NCBI GenBank assembly: GCA_964016885.1
Contig: OZ024742.1
Span: 150,350,001-150,414,000 of the forward strand
DNA from: Eledone cirrhosa
Lineage: Eukaryota
Direction: 5' to 3'
DNA length: 64,000 nt
Both the position numbers and the translations under genes were made by a program. The notes under the pieces were generated by a model. That model saw nothing but the letters and a program-made list of their open reading frames with translations, did not search any database and was not told the origin of the DNA. Of the stretch, positions 12,799 through 30,408 are shown piece after piece. The number at the start of each line of letters is the position of its first letter. Position 1 is the stretch's first letter.

Positions 12799-14672
12799 TG
12801 AGTCCTTCATCAGTGACCCTCCAACCGTCCCTGGCATTTCATCGCTTTAAGGGCCATATACCTCAGGTTGGTGCGAACAACGGCTAAAAAAAGTCGTTGG
12901 GACACGTAAATAAAGAGAACGTTAGGGTGAACAAACAAAATGGTTTAAGCAACAGAAAGTGAGAAGAAAGAGACAAGTCCCAGATTTCTATGAATAAAAA
13001 TGTTTTTTTCTCTCTCTCTCTCGTCTGCGTCTTCACAGAACTTATGTTTACCGAATTCGCAGACCAGACCCCTTCTTCTTCCTCCCGTTAGACCTGTGCG
13101 AAATTCCTTCCTTGCTCACATTTCAACCAGGTCTGATGGTCTTTATTCTCTAGTTCACGATTTTATCGAGTTTATATTCATAGAAATCTGGGACTTGTCT
13201 CTTTCCTCTCACTTTCTGTTGCTTAAACCATTTTGTTTGTTCACCCTAACGTTCTCTTTATTTACGTGTCCCAACGACTTTTTTTAGCCGTTGTTCGCAC
13301 CAACCTGATGTATATGGCCCTTAAAGCGATGAAATGCCTGGGACGGTTGGAGGGTCACTGATGAAGGACTTAATTTTTTCTATATGTAACCCATTTGCAA
13401 CGCCGCAGCTCCATTATTATCATATTTACACATATTTTTTCCTCTGCTGCCACCCGTCTGTTTCTCTCTTTGTATCTTTACCCTTTCTAGCAGTCTCTCT
13501 CTCTGTTAGCCTCTTCCTCAACTTTCACTCACTCATACCCTGTCACTACCTCTCCTCCACTCCTCTTTCTTCCCGCTTGACCTGTCCGATTTCTTTTCTC
13601 GCGCACTCTTGGCCAAGCCGGTATGAATTTTTTTTCTCTCTCTCTCTCGTCTGCGTCTTCACAGAACTTATGTTTACCGAATTCGCAGACCAGACCCCTT
13701 CTTCTTCCTCCCGTTAGACCTGTGCGAAATTCCTTCCTTGCTCACATTTCAACCAGGTCTGATGGTCTTTATTCTCTAGTTCACGATTTTATCGAGTTTA
13801 TATTCATAGAAATCTGGGACTTGTCTCTTTCCTCTCACTTTCTGTTGCTTAAACCATTTTGTTTGTTCACCCTAACGTTCTCTTTATTTACGTGTCCCAA
13901 CGACTTTTTTTAGCCGTTGTTCGCACCAACCTGAGGTATATGGCCCTTAAAGCGATGAAATGCCTGGGACGGTTGGAGGGTCACTGATGAAGGACTCACT
14001 TTTTTATATGTAACCCATTTGCAACGCCGCAGCTCCATTATTATCATATTTACACATATTTTTTCCTCTGCTGCCACCCGTCTGTTTCTCTCTTTGTATC
14101 TTTACCCTTTCTAGCAGTCTCTCTCTCTGTTAGCCTCTTCCTCAACTTTCACTCACTCATACCCTGTCACTACCTCTCCTCCACTCCTCTTTCTTCCCGC
14201 TTGACCTGTCCGATTTCTTTTCTCACGCACTCTTGGCCAAGCCGGTATGAATTTTTTTTTCTCTCTCTCTCTCTCGTCTGCGTCTTCACAGAACTTATGT
14301 TTACCGAATTCGCAGACCAGACCCCTTCTTCTTCCTCCCGTTAGACCTGTGCGAAATTCCTTCCTTGCTCACATTTCAACCAGGTCTGATGGTCTTTATT
14401 CTCTAGTTCACGATTTTATCGAGTTTATATTCATAGAAATCTGGGACTTGTCTCTTTCCTCTCACTTTCTGTTGCTTAAACCATTTTGTTTGTTCACCCT
14501 AACGTTCTCTTTATTTACGTGTCCCAGCGACTTTTTTTAGCCGTTGTTCGCACCAACCTGAGGTATATGGCCCTTAAAGCGATGAAATGCCTGGGACGGT
14601 TGGAGGGTCACTGATGAAGGACTCACTTTTTTATATGTAACCCATTTGCAACGCCGCAGCTCCATTATTATC
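12792..14672 (+). mobile_element. Non-coding tandem array of about 626 bp (about 2.7 near-identical units) preceded by an inverted partial unit; PLE-type architecture
   Basis: GGTCACTGATGAAGG recurs with CTG at 13358, 13984 and 14611; 12792-12996 is the reverse complement of part of the unit; flanked by (TA)n. Confidence 0.8.
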
Positions 14673-14844
14673 ATATATATATATATATATATATATATGC
14701 ATATATATATATATGCATATATATATACATATATACATATAAAAAACCTCGCTAAACTAATTCATATATATATATATATACATACCCATATACATATAAA
14801 AAACCTCGCTAAACTAATTCATCTATATATTTATATATACATAT

Positions 14845-14893
<49 letters not shown>

Positions 14894-14895
<2 letters not shown>

Positions 14896-15114
14896 AAGAC
14901 GATCGACTTTCGTCAAATCGGACCGAGGGAACAATGTTTCCGTTGGTCTTTCCAATTGCTAATACTATCTATCGGTCGCAACTCCAGGTAGAAGGAGCAA
15001 CGTGAAATAAAGTGTCTTGCTCAAGGACATAACGCATCGCCTGGTCCAGGAATCGAACTCACAACCTTACGATTGCGAATTCAATTCTCTAACCACTCAG
15101 CCACACGCCTTCAC
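14894..15114 (-). mobile_element. CORE-like SINE, family B
   Basis: Reverse complement of the 6480-6696 element. Confidence 0.87.
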
Positions 15115-15125
15115 TATATATATAT

Positions 15126-15591
15126 TTCGTTTCTGAATTTGTTTAGCAAGATTCTTTATCTGAAATCGTGTGTTGAAACCGATATTGTTATACTTTGGGA
15201 GGGTCATGTTGCCAATAAGAAACACACGCACCAGTTGCTTTCACTTCAATTTAATTTATTATATATTTATAAATTTACAAATTTATAGATTTCTGGTTGG
15301 TTGGTTGGTTCCACAACCAGATAGTCCACACAAACAAAATGGCGTAGGATAGAAGAAAGGAAAGGCACAGAAACGAAGAAAGAAATCCCCAGTCACTGAA
15401 GAGGTCACAGAGTGTGTGACGAAAGAACTATGACTATATATATATAAACAACTATCTGGTTGTGGAACCAACCAATCAACCAGAAATTTATAAATTTGTA
15501 AATTTATAAATATATAATAAATTAAATTGAAGTGAAAGCAACTGGTGCGTGTGTTTCTTATTGGCAACATGACCCTCCCAAAGTATAACAA
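15126..15591 (+). mobile_element. PLE pseudo-LTR with inverted 5' partial copy
   Basis: About 15327-15591 matches 42630-42897; 15126-15323 is the inverted terminal part. Confidence 0.87.
15391..15435 (+). ncRNA. Minimal type I hammerhead ribozyme
   Basis: AGTCA-CTGAAGA-G-GTCAC-agagtgt-GTGAC-GAAA-GAAC-TA-TGACT. Confidence 0.8.
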
Positions 15592-15637
15592 TATATATAT
15601 ATATATATATATATATTTAATACAGAGAAAGCTTTAA

Positions 15638-16624
15638 GCAATACTCTGACCGGCTTCCGTCTCACTCAACAAACATTAGGATATACCTTAGTATAATCCC
15701 AATTTTACGTTTGGGGTGCTAACTATATGTATTTTGCGGATAGCCAGTTGTATTATTTTATATGAGACATAATTAAAATACATCTCCCTTTCCAAACAAT
15801 TGTTTCATTATAAGTTTTCTACAAGTTGGGAAAATATGTCCAGGTTATGTAGAAGCCTACACATAGTCCGTAGGAATATATGCAGGTGGGCACTTATAAA
15901 TCATCAGTGGATGCCTGTCTAACATCGATATAAAAAAAATGTTCTTACCGATATCCAATGTTCAGCGATGGCCCCCTTCCGTGTCAGAATGACCGCCAAA
16001 TTTGAAATTCCAGCAGTCTCAGAATGAGAAATTTCACACTGTCATCAAGCGGAAAGGGGAGGTCATCGCAAAACATAATAAAATAAAATAATATGCACGC
16101 GGGTCAATTAATTCTTTCAATAATTTTAACCTTGCGTGTGAAGAACTCAATTAGATTTTAAAAAATAAATATATGCATGCATTATTTATACACGCATATA
16201 GGTATTTTCTTAGGCTAAAAACAGAGATAAGATACCAGAATAACAATCAATATTTCATACAAATAATAAATACGGAAAGTTTCACTTAAAAGGTATCTGG
16301 AAATATTCATCTCTGGCCAAATCAAGAGTATAATATTTAATACATTAACAGAAAAATCTTTATGCAATACTCTGACCGGCTTCCGTCTCACTCAACAAAC
16401 ATTAGGATATACCTTAGTATAATCCCAATTTTACGTTTGTGGTGCTAACTATATGAATTTTGCGGATAGCCAGTTGTATTATTTTATATGAGACATAATT
16501 AAAATACATCTCCCTTTCCAAACAATTGTTTCATTATAAGTTTTCTACAAGTTGGGAAAATATGTCCAGGTTCTGTAGAAGCCTACACATAGTCCGTAGG
16601 AATATATGCAGGTGGGCACTTATA
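15638..16624 (-). mobile_element. Non-coding hammerhead-bearing unit with 726-bp period (about 1.4 copies)
   Basis: 15638-15898 is repeated at 16364-16624; flanked by (TA)n. Confidence 0.75.
15791..15911 (-). ncRNA. Type I hammerhead ribozyme with long stem II
   Basis: Minus strand: TCCA-CTGATGA-T-TTATAAGT...ACTTATAA-T-GAAAC-AATT-GTT-TGGA; palindromic stem III ACAATTGT. Confidence 0.75.
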
Positions 16625-16756
16625 TATATATATATATGCATATATATATATATATATATATGCATATATATATAGATGCATATATATATATATATATATA
16701 TATGCATATATATGCATATATATGCATATATATATATATATGCATATATATATATA

Positions 16757-16790
<34 letters not shown>

Positions 16791-17126
16791 AAAACAGTTG
16801 GGTGCGGATGCATTCATGTATATATGTGTGTGTCCGCATGTATCTGTGTGTTTTTAAATATATTAATAACTCCCTCTGGTCGAGCAATCTTTGAAGTGTG
16901 GGGACAACTGGAAAGCTTCCATTACTCATACTTCTCGCCTTCTTCACTACCTCTTCTACGGCCTCGATATGAATACCCCCTCCGCCTCCGTGGTATTTTC
17001 TTCGTGGTTATAAGAGGCTTAGCTCTGTTTCTCGACCGTTATATCGCGTGACTATCTCCCCCTCCGCCTTTTGGGATTCTTTCTCACGTCGTGTAGACGC
17101 GTTCTTGAGACTAGTAAAATGAGGTA

Positions 17127-17214
17127 TCCTCTTGATAAGTTGGCAGACCTCGCAAGGACTCTATATCTTTGATATATTGTTTTTGTTTATGCCACGAAAC
17201 TACGTAGTCGAGGA
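17127..17214 (+). ncRNA. Type I hammerhead ribozyme, U3-A8 core variant
   Basis: TCCTC-TTGATAA-G(T)TGGCA...TGCCAC-GAAAC-TACGTA-GTC-GAGGA; stem III ACTACGTAGT is palindromic. Confidence 0.82.
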
Positions 17215-17717
17215 ATTTAGGAACAGTTTAGGTATGATACATTTTATTACTAATTATATCTAAATGTTTCTTCTCTCTTCATAATGTATTTTTAACTCTG
17301 ATACTGGTTCAGTCTGGTTCAAACTGAATTGGTCTGTCCCAGTCATTCATTGAGCAACATCGGTGAAGTTGGCACCCTTAACTCACAGTTGGGTGCGGAT
17401 GCATTCATGTATATATGTGTGTGTCCGCATGTATCTGTGTGTTTTTAAATATATTAATAACTCCCTCTGGTCGAGCAATCTTTGAAGTGTGGGGACAACT
17501 GGAAAGCTTCCATTACTCATACTTCTCGCCTTCTTCACTACCTCTTCTACGGCCTCGATATGAATACCCCCTCCGCCTCCGTGGTATTTTCTTCGTGGTT
17601 ATAAGAGGCTTAGCTCTGTTTCTCGACCGTTATATCGCGTGACTATCTCCCCCTCCGCCTTTTGGGATTCTTTCTCACGTCGTGTAGACGCGTTCTTGAG
17701 ACTAGTAAAATGAGGTA

Positions 17718-17805
17718 TCCTCTTGATAAGTTGGCAGACCTCGCAAGGACTCTATATCTTTGATATATTGTTTTTGTTTATGCCACGAAACTACGTAGTC
17801 GAGGA
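17718..17805 (+). ncRNA. Type I hammerhead ribozyme, U3-A8 variant (second tandem copy)
   Basis: Same sequence as 17127-17214. Confidence 0.82.
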
Positions 17806-17877
17806 ATTTAGGAACAGTTTAGGTATGATACATTTTATTACTAATTATATCTAAATGTTTCTTCTCTCTTCATAATG

Positions 17878-17922
<45 letters not shown>

Positions 17923-18015
17923 TATATATATATGCATATATATATATATATGCATATATATATATATGTGTATATATATATGCATATATATATATATATG
18001 TGTATATATATATGC

Positions 18016-18053
<38 letters not shown>

Positions 18054-18270
18054 GTATATATATATATGCATATATATATATGGGGCATGCAAGTGTGTCT
18101 CATTTATATATGATTATTGTGTGGCAGTGTGTTACATGTAATACAAGCACTTTAATTTTGTTTTAATTTTAATTTTGATTTTGAATTGTACATCAATATA
18201 TATATATATATGTATCTGTATGTCTCTTGCGTTGGAAAGGAGGTCAATTATGTGTACAAACATCGAAAAT

Positions 18271-18316
18271 GCTCCGAAGACTCTGAGCCTAGGTTTGGAT
18301 GAAACAAATGTAAGAG
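18271..18316 (+). ncRNA. Degenerate hammerhead motif
   Basis: CCGAAGA-c-TCTGAGCCT/AGGTTTGGA-t-GAAAC-AAAT-GTA-AG; U4 mutated and stem I weak. Confidence 0.45.
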
Positions 18317-18350
18317 AATAAATGCTTTGAACATAGCTTTGATTCTTGTG

Positions 18351-18398
<48 letters not shown>

Positions 18399-18461
18399 GT
18401 ATATGAGTCTGTATGTGTGCGTATATTGTGTTTATTTTTCAAACGTGGGAATCTAATCACA

Positions 18462-19592
18462 GTATCCCCAAAAATAACCCTGAGTGTCATGTTTGTGGAC
18501 GCTACCCCTGGAGGGAAATTAGCTAACCAGTGTAGAAAGGCCCTGAGAAAGACCCACTTAAAAATAAAGGTGGTAGAAAAGCCAGGAACCACCATAAAAT
18601 CCCTGATCAGCAAAACCTACCCTTTTAAGAAAACCCACTGTACCAATAGGAAATGTATCATATGTAAGGTGAACCCCCGGATAAACTGTAAAACTAGAAA
18701 CGTAGTCTATAGCATAAGATGTACAGAGGTTACTTGCAGAAACATGACAACAACATACATAGGTGAGACAGCTCGTAGCATAGGTGAAAGGATAGACCAA
18801 CACTGGGGGGAACTAAAAGGACGAAAAAACGGGTGAGTACTATACGAACATGCTAGACAACAACATGACGGTAACATAGACAACATAGAAATTAGAATAA
18901 TATCTAAACATAGAAATGACCCAGCAGATAGGCAAATCAGAGAGGCCAGTGAAATAGAAATTAGAAGACCAAGGCTAAACAGAAAGAATGAATGGAATAA
19001 CAACAACACCCAAACAAACAACACTGACCTAAGAGAAGTATAAATAAGTAAATAAAATAAAATAAATAAATAAATAAATAAATAAATACACACACAAGCA
19101 CAATAACAACAAGCACATAAACACACACTTGCCACCCATCACACAGCAAACAAAACACTATACACACACGCAAACGCATGCGCAAAGAAGACAAAATAAA
19201 ATAAACAAACAAGCAAATAAATAAATAAATATATAGACAGACTGAATAAAAATGGTGTAGACATACAATACAACAGGAGGAAAATATAACACCACTGACG
19301 ATGTTGCAGATGTACAACGAAAGATTTATGATAAACTATATATATGTGTTTGTGTCTATATTGTATCTGTATTATTTTTGACCGTCGGTCAGTCAATGGC
19401 AACATTGAGGACCGAGTAAGTTAGATTACCGATATAAAAGACACAGAAGCGGGAAGCGAAAACCAACCAAACAGTGAGTGTATTCTGTTATTAATTCTGG
19501 CAATATTACACAAATATGACCCTCCCCAAGTATAACAATATTTGTTTCAACACACGATTTCATATAAAAAACCTCGCAAAACTAATTCATCG
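18462..19592 (+). mobile_element. 5'-truncated Penelope-like element (GIY-YIG C-terminus plus pseudo-LTR)
   Basis: FVDATPGGKLA...KVVEKPG...C-x4-C-x2-C...VVY...YIGETARSIGERIDQH...*VLYEH...RQIREA...LNRKNEW, followed by an A-rich UTR, a hammerhead and the ATGACCCTCCCCAAGTATAAC terminus. Confidence 0.9.
19291..19333 (+). ncRNA. Minimal type I hammerhead motif
   Basis: CA-CTGACGA-T-GTTG-cagatgta-CAAC-GAAA-GATT-TA-TG; same position in the element as the 42695 hammerhead; stem I short. Confidence 0.65.
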
Positions 19593-19608
19593 CCGCTATA
19601 TATATATA

Positions 19609-19686
<78 letters not shown>

Positions 19687-19758
19687 TATATATATAGAGA
19701 GAGAGATAGATAGGTAAATATACACGGGTGTGTATGATTGTGTATAGAAGATAATATA

Positions 19759-20116
19759 AATAAGAGGAATTCCAACTTTGTCCGATTTACTCGTTTTACA
19801 ATCCTTTAAAATATATAATGGTATTATAATGAAATAGTATGATAGAATATTAAATTCTAAGTGTTAATTGAACAAGTACTTTCATGCTTTCGCAATCTTC
19901 AGTCAAGTTTGCAATTTTCAACTGTCAGTTGAAAATTGCAAACTTGACTGTCACAACATATTATGAACCTGAAGATTGCGAAAGCATGAAAGTACTTGTT
20001 CAATTAACACTTAGAATTTAATATTCTATCATACTATTTCATTATAATACCATTATATATTTTAAAGGATTGTAAATAAAACGAGTAAGTCAGACAAAGT
20101 TGGAATTCCTCTTATT
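19759..20116. repeat. Fold-back inverted repeat (arms about 145 bp) with an internal 50-bp palindrome
   Basis: 19759-19902 is the reverse complement of 19969-20116; 19900-19950 is self-complementary. Confidence 0.9.
19964..20002 (+). ncRNA. Hammerhead-like motif lacking stem II
   Basis: TGAAC-CTGAAGA-TTGC-GAAA-GCAT-gaaa-GTAC-TT-GTTCA. Confidence 0.5.
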
Positions 20117-20127
20117 AATATATATAT

Positions 20128-21662
20128 ACACTTTCGGGCCACATATGGGACCTCAAGGACAACAACATCACCTATGATCTCACTTGGAGATTACTGTCCA
20201 GAGCCAATTCTTACATGGGAGGACGCCGTCCGTGCAATTTATGCTCGGAGGAAACTTTACAAATGCTGTTTTCGACGGACCAACTCCTAAACAAGAAAGA
20301 TGAACTGGTTACTGCATGTAAACATAGATTGCGTAGGACTTACCTCGCCCTCAAACCCCATAATGACCCGGGGGGGTAGACTAGGGCTATAACACCCCAG
20401 TTGCCGATTTTGCAATGGGTAACCCCTGCTTGCCAAGGAAGACGTAAGATCTTCTTTGTATTCTTTTATCGCTTCCTTTATTTCCTTCCCCCCTCTCTCC
20501 TTTGTCCTTCTACCCCAGCTCTTCTCCTTTGTCGGCGTCTTTTCTCGCCCACCCGAGGCTGCCCTCTGGCCCCATGTAGCCTTAGTACCCCCACTCCCCC
20601 CTCCCCTAGTCTTTGATAGATTTGGCGGACTCCGCCCTTTATAGCAGTTGGCTTAGACCCCGGATACTTGCCCCCCTTTTCCGACCGCTCCCACTATTCT
20701 CTGTGCCCTCTATATTTCTTAGTGGCACTTATGCCTTATTTTTTTCGTTTCAGTATTTCTTGCTTCGCTTTTCTTCTGGGCGGGGTGGATTCTGAATTTA
20801 TTTCTCCGTATTCTACCTTTATTTCGTACGAACTCTCATGTAGCTTGTTTTAGATCTTTTAGAGTTAGCATTAGTATATATTTTTCTCGGGACTCAGAAT
20901 TATTATGTCGTACAAGTTCACTTTGCTGCACTGGGTCGTTGCTGGCCCGGGATGGAAACCTTTATTGTTTATTTCGTGGTAGTCTCTTTAGTATTTTGGC
21001 CCCTTTTGTTGACCAGTCACCGTATCATTTACGTACTTATACCTCTTAAAAGGGTCCTTGCCTAATTCGTCCCACCTAGTTCTTTTACTTATTTCCTTAT
21101 TTATTTATTTATTTATTTATTTACTTCTTTCTTTCTTTCTTTATTTTATTCTCGCCTACAATAGCCTGACACCTAGGTCGTAGAATTTAATTTTTTCTTT
21201 ACACTTATTTGCTTTTCTTCACTCTCAGTATTTTTTCTTTCCTATTTCTACCCCCCATTGTTCTACCTACCGTTCCGACTTCCTCCCCCTCCCCCGCCCC
21301 TGTATCTTCTTTGACCTCATGCCCAGCTGTAGCTGGCACTACCAACGCTTGATTGGGTCTACTCCACCCCCTCCCCTCTTTCTCCTACTGGCAGGTTTAG
21401 CCACCATCTCCCCTACTAATTTGCAACCACAGAATTACTACTGATTTTTGACAATCACTTTGACCATATATGGAATTACCCCTTGAGAAGATCGGCTATT
21501 TAAATACCAGGATAAATGTTCATTTAGTCCAGAATTAGCCGTCGAAACGGCTTGAGCTCAGCTGTCGGGGTCTTACTGGTTCCTATTACCCACTCTACTA
21601 CCTCAAGTATTGAGTACTTTGGTGCGTTATGGTCCACCTGGTTCCTTACCACATTTCCTTCG

Positions 21663-21663
<1 letters not shown>
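20128..21663 (+). mobile_element. 5'-truncated Penelope-like element (Naiad-like GIY-YIG C-terminus and long 3' UTR)
   Basis: 20128-20379 translates as TLSGHIWDLKDNNITYDLTWRLLSRANSYMGGRRPCNLCSEE...LLNKKDELVTACKHR...*; pyrimidine-rich UTR with a hammerhead; (TA)n on both sides. Confidence 0.87.
21478..21571 (+). ncRNA. Type I hammerhead ribozyme, U3-A8 variant with full stem III
   Basis: ACCCC-TTGAGAA-GA(T)CGGCTA...TAGCCGTC-GAAAC-GGCT-tgagctc-AGCT-GTC-GGGGT. Confidence 0.82.
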
Positions 21664-21712
<49 letters not shown>

Positions 21713-21714
<2 letters not shown>

Positions 21715-22049
21715 GATATTAACAAATGGAAACTATATTTATAAAACCATATTTATTTCATACAAATTTCAAGGACACTAAGTTAAATTATAGCTTCCAA
21801 CAGTAATGGTTGCATTTTTTAATGGTATGTCAATATTTATTTATAAAACTGATCTATATTATATTTTGTCTCATGAAAGCACACCATAATTTAACTTGGT
21901 GTCATTGAAATATGTATAATGAAATAAATATGGTTTTATAAATATAGTTTCCATTTGTTAATATCGTAATTTTGCTCCAAATATTTGTTGAGTGCTTTAT
22001 ATCAGTTATAAAAATATTTGTTTGTTGTATCCCAACAATTTAAGTAGAA

Positions 22050-22054
<5 letters not shown>
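21713..22054 (+). mobile_element. PLE-type terminal fragment with inverted 5' piece (family shared with about 25900-26072)
   Basis: 21713-21765 is the inverse of about 21913-21967; its last 40 bp or so recur inverted at 22667 and 22797; mutated hammerhead core CTCATGA near 21870. Confidence 0.7.
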
Positions 22055-25190
<3,136 letters not shown>

Positions 25191-25964
25191 ATTCCGTATT
25201 TTTTGAAGTTTTATCTCAGTTTTTGGTATATCGACCTAAGAATTTTTAAACTAAACATATGGTCATTATTTTTCACACATTATATATCTATGTCTCATTC
25301 ATGAATATTGATATTTACATTATAATACCCAATTCATATGAATTGATAATTCAAACTGATAAGACATAACGTAAAGTTGTATATCTGTCATCCTTCTCTC
25401 TAGATATAGCTCTTTCTTCTCCTCCCTCTATACATGATGAAATTTAAGTATCGGCTACTTTAACTTTACCTCTCAAGCTTCTCTATTGTTTTCTGTCTTA
25501 CCTCTCTCCTATTTCTCTCACCTCCCCAGGTATAATTATTATTATTCGGTCTACCTCTTCCCCCCCCCACCTCTATCTTTCTCTACCTCTCTATTTTCTC
25601 TTTATTTATTTTTTATTTCTCTCCGTCTCCTTAACACTATAACTAAATAAATAAATAAATAAATAAATAATTACAGTACTCCCTCCCTCCTAAATCTCTC
25701 AATTTGTATGATGAATTATTATTATTCATCTGTTGCCCCAGCTGCCTCTCATTTTTCACCACCTCACTATTTCTCTCTCCCATATCTCTCTCTATCTCTC
25801 TCTGTTTTTCTTTACATACATTTCTTCCTTTTCTCCGTCTTTCTTTCTAACTGTGCTTAACACTAAATAATTATAAACATTTCACTACCAAACCAACTTC
25901 TCAAATGGAAGTTGATCAATATTTATGGTACGTCAAATTTATTTATAAAACTGCTTATATATTG

Positions 25965-26030
25965 TATTTTATCTGAAGAAGTCATGCCATATTTTTAATA
26001 TGGTGTCCCTGAAATATGTATAATGAAATA
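25965..26030 (+). ncRNA. Type I hammerhead ribozyme
   Basis: TATTTTAT-CTGAAGA-AG..ATGCCATAT/ATATGGTGT..CT-GAAA-TATGTA-TA-ATGAAATA. Confidence 0.65.
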
Positions 26031-26075
26031 AATATGGTTTTATAAATATAGTTTCCATTTGTTTAATATCGTATC

Positions 26076-26077
26076 TA

Positions 26078-26157
<80 letters not shown>

Positions 26158-26309
26158 TATATATATATATGCATATATATATATATATGCATATATATAT
26201 ATATATATATGCATATATATATATATATATATGCATATATATATATATATATGCATATATATATATATATATGCATATATATATATATATATGCATATAT
26301 ATATATATA

Positions 26310-26351
<42 letters not shown>

Positions 26352-26428
26352 TATATATATATATGCATATATATATATATATATATGCATATATATATAT
26401 ATATGCATATATATATATATGCATATGC

Positions 26429-26472
<44 letters not shown>
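26076..26472. repeat. (TA)n with TGCA interruptions
   Basis: Direct reading. Confidence 0.97.
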
Positions 26473-26477
<5 letters not shown>

Positions 26478-27012
26478 GACAGGGGGGAAGAAAAAATGGC
26501 TTCACTTGTGCTTTCAACAAATTTATTTTCTTCACAAAATCCAAAAAGAATTTTTCTTAAAAAAAATAAAAAAAAATTAAAAAAATGAATTAACAGTCGG
26601 AGGTAAAGTTCCATTTCACTACCCCCCTCTTCTTATGTATCTGCTATGAACACTTTTTCAACACACCTACACCCATGCACTTATTAAAGGGGGAGAAAAG
26701 AAACCCCTACCACACCACAGACATGTTAAATCCCTATATATAGAACAACACACCACATACACATCAGTTTGACAAGCGCACCTCAGCGTGAAAGGTCTTT
26801 CTAAAAACGAAACAATACCTCCTACGTTGACCAAGAACTCCTAAGACCTAACCAACAACCAACAACTTAATTTATAAAATAATTTTTTTTAAGAAAAATT
26901 CTTTTTGGATTTTGTGATGAAAATAAATTTGTTGAAAGCACAAGTGAAGCCATTTTTTCTTCCCCCCTGTCTTAATATACCTAACTGTACCAAGGATTAC
27001 ACACATTTTCCA
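26472..27012. mobile_element. Repeat island with inverted arms of about 105 bp
   Basis: 26472-26578 is the reverse complement of about 26870-26977; a degenerate TTGACAA-GCGC/GCGT-GAAA motif lies at about 26769-26802. Confidence 0.65.
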
Positions 27013-29145
<2,133 letters not shown>

Positions 29146-30408
29146 TGCATTTATAACAGACAAAACATAATGTTAAAAGTAAAGAAAGCCGGTCTATCAA
29201 GCAGTACTTAAAATGAAAAAAAAAGCATCAACACATTGAGAAAAGCCCTTTATCAAGATAGAAAAAATAAGAGGGGGATTAAGAATAGAAAGAAAACAAA
29301 TATAGATGTTATACAAAATCAGGATTCAAATAGAAACTGAAAATGAATGATCTTTACATAGTTTTACGTAGAGAAGATTTGAGATAGCCGTAACACAACG
29401 GATTCAAACATCAAAATTATCTATGCGGTACATAACTATGTCTTACTAAGGAGTTCTAAGAAGCCCAAAGTATGCTATCATGTCTGCTACAGATAAAAAT
29501 ATTCTTCGAATTGCCTATTTCCAATTTTAATCAATAGGGATTTCGATGCGTCAATGTATTTCAAAATTATAACTTTTTTTTTTAGTTGTCGACTTTGCAT
29601 TTGTTTGGTTTGTTAAATTACACCTCATTCAATGTTTATCTCTCCTAACTAAACAAATATACTCTTCCTTGATTAATTTTATCGTGCTCTAAATCCGTTA
29701 TAGCTTACATGAATGTCTGTAGGGCATAATCAGTGGTATCCATCTATGAAGAATCATGTCCATGATGAAAGACATGACAGTTACAACTACAGTGTTTGTA
29801 ACTTTAAGTTTAAAGTGAAACTTTGCCACTTCGATGGTGTCGAAACGAGACTTAATGACTTATTAGGTAAAATAGTGATTTCACAGCAAGAGGCGCACAA
29901 TGATACATTTAATAGGAACTCGTATAGAGTCAACGTTGTGAACTTGCCAAGTTAATTATAGGTCTTTATCTACCAAATAACGTAACAAAAATAACAAAAC
30001 AAAAACAAAAAACAACACATGGTTGTAATATCTTGTTATGGCATTCATCCACGATCGTAGCATTCTATGAACTAATTATGAGTAATTTTAGACACGTGTG
30101 TCTTCTTTTTGTCACGTCCACTTGATGTTTGTCTAGGCTTTAAAAAAAGACAGTTTAAAGAATAATTTGTTTCACTCATCTTCTGTGCCTTAAAAGATGT
30201 TTGTGTAACAATTTTACAAACAGCATAGCTTGTCAGATTTTATCAATGCAATAATTCCTTAGAGAACTAGCTATTACAACTGATTTTAAAAAAAGTGTGG
30301 GGAGCTTTTCGATTTGTTTATATCATCTCAGTTTGATAATGTCTTTTTTCGAGATTTGCTAAGTAAAGCTACATTGTGTATTATGTTTTTTTTTCTCGCT
30401 CAAATATA

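Larger units (their letters stand above)
16794..17880 (+). mobile_element. Non-coding tandem unit with 591-bp period (about 1.8 apparently identical copies), each with a hammerhead
   Basis: ACAGTTGGGTGCGGATG at 16794 and 17385; flanked by (TA)n. Confidence 0.85.

Noticed and set aside
16015-16050. SECIS-like or hammerhead-like motif on the minus strand (TTGATGACAGTGTGAAA...CTGAG)
   Set aside because: The helix is too short for a SECIS, there is no adjacent ORF, and the GAAA would be sequestered in a helix.
18834-18836. In-frame TGA in a PLE endonuclease as possible selenocysteine (reported for some Naiad PLEs)
   Set aside because: The aligned position is Ser in the related copies (KESSVLYQH, KNSSVLHQH), not Cys; a TCA-to-TGA nonsense change is simpler.
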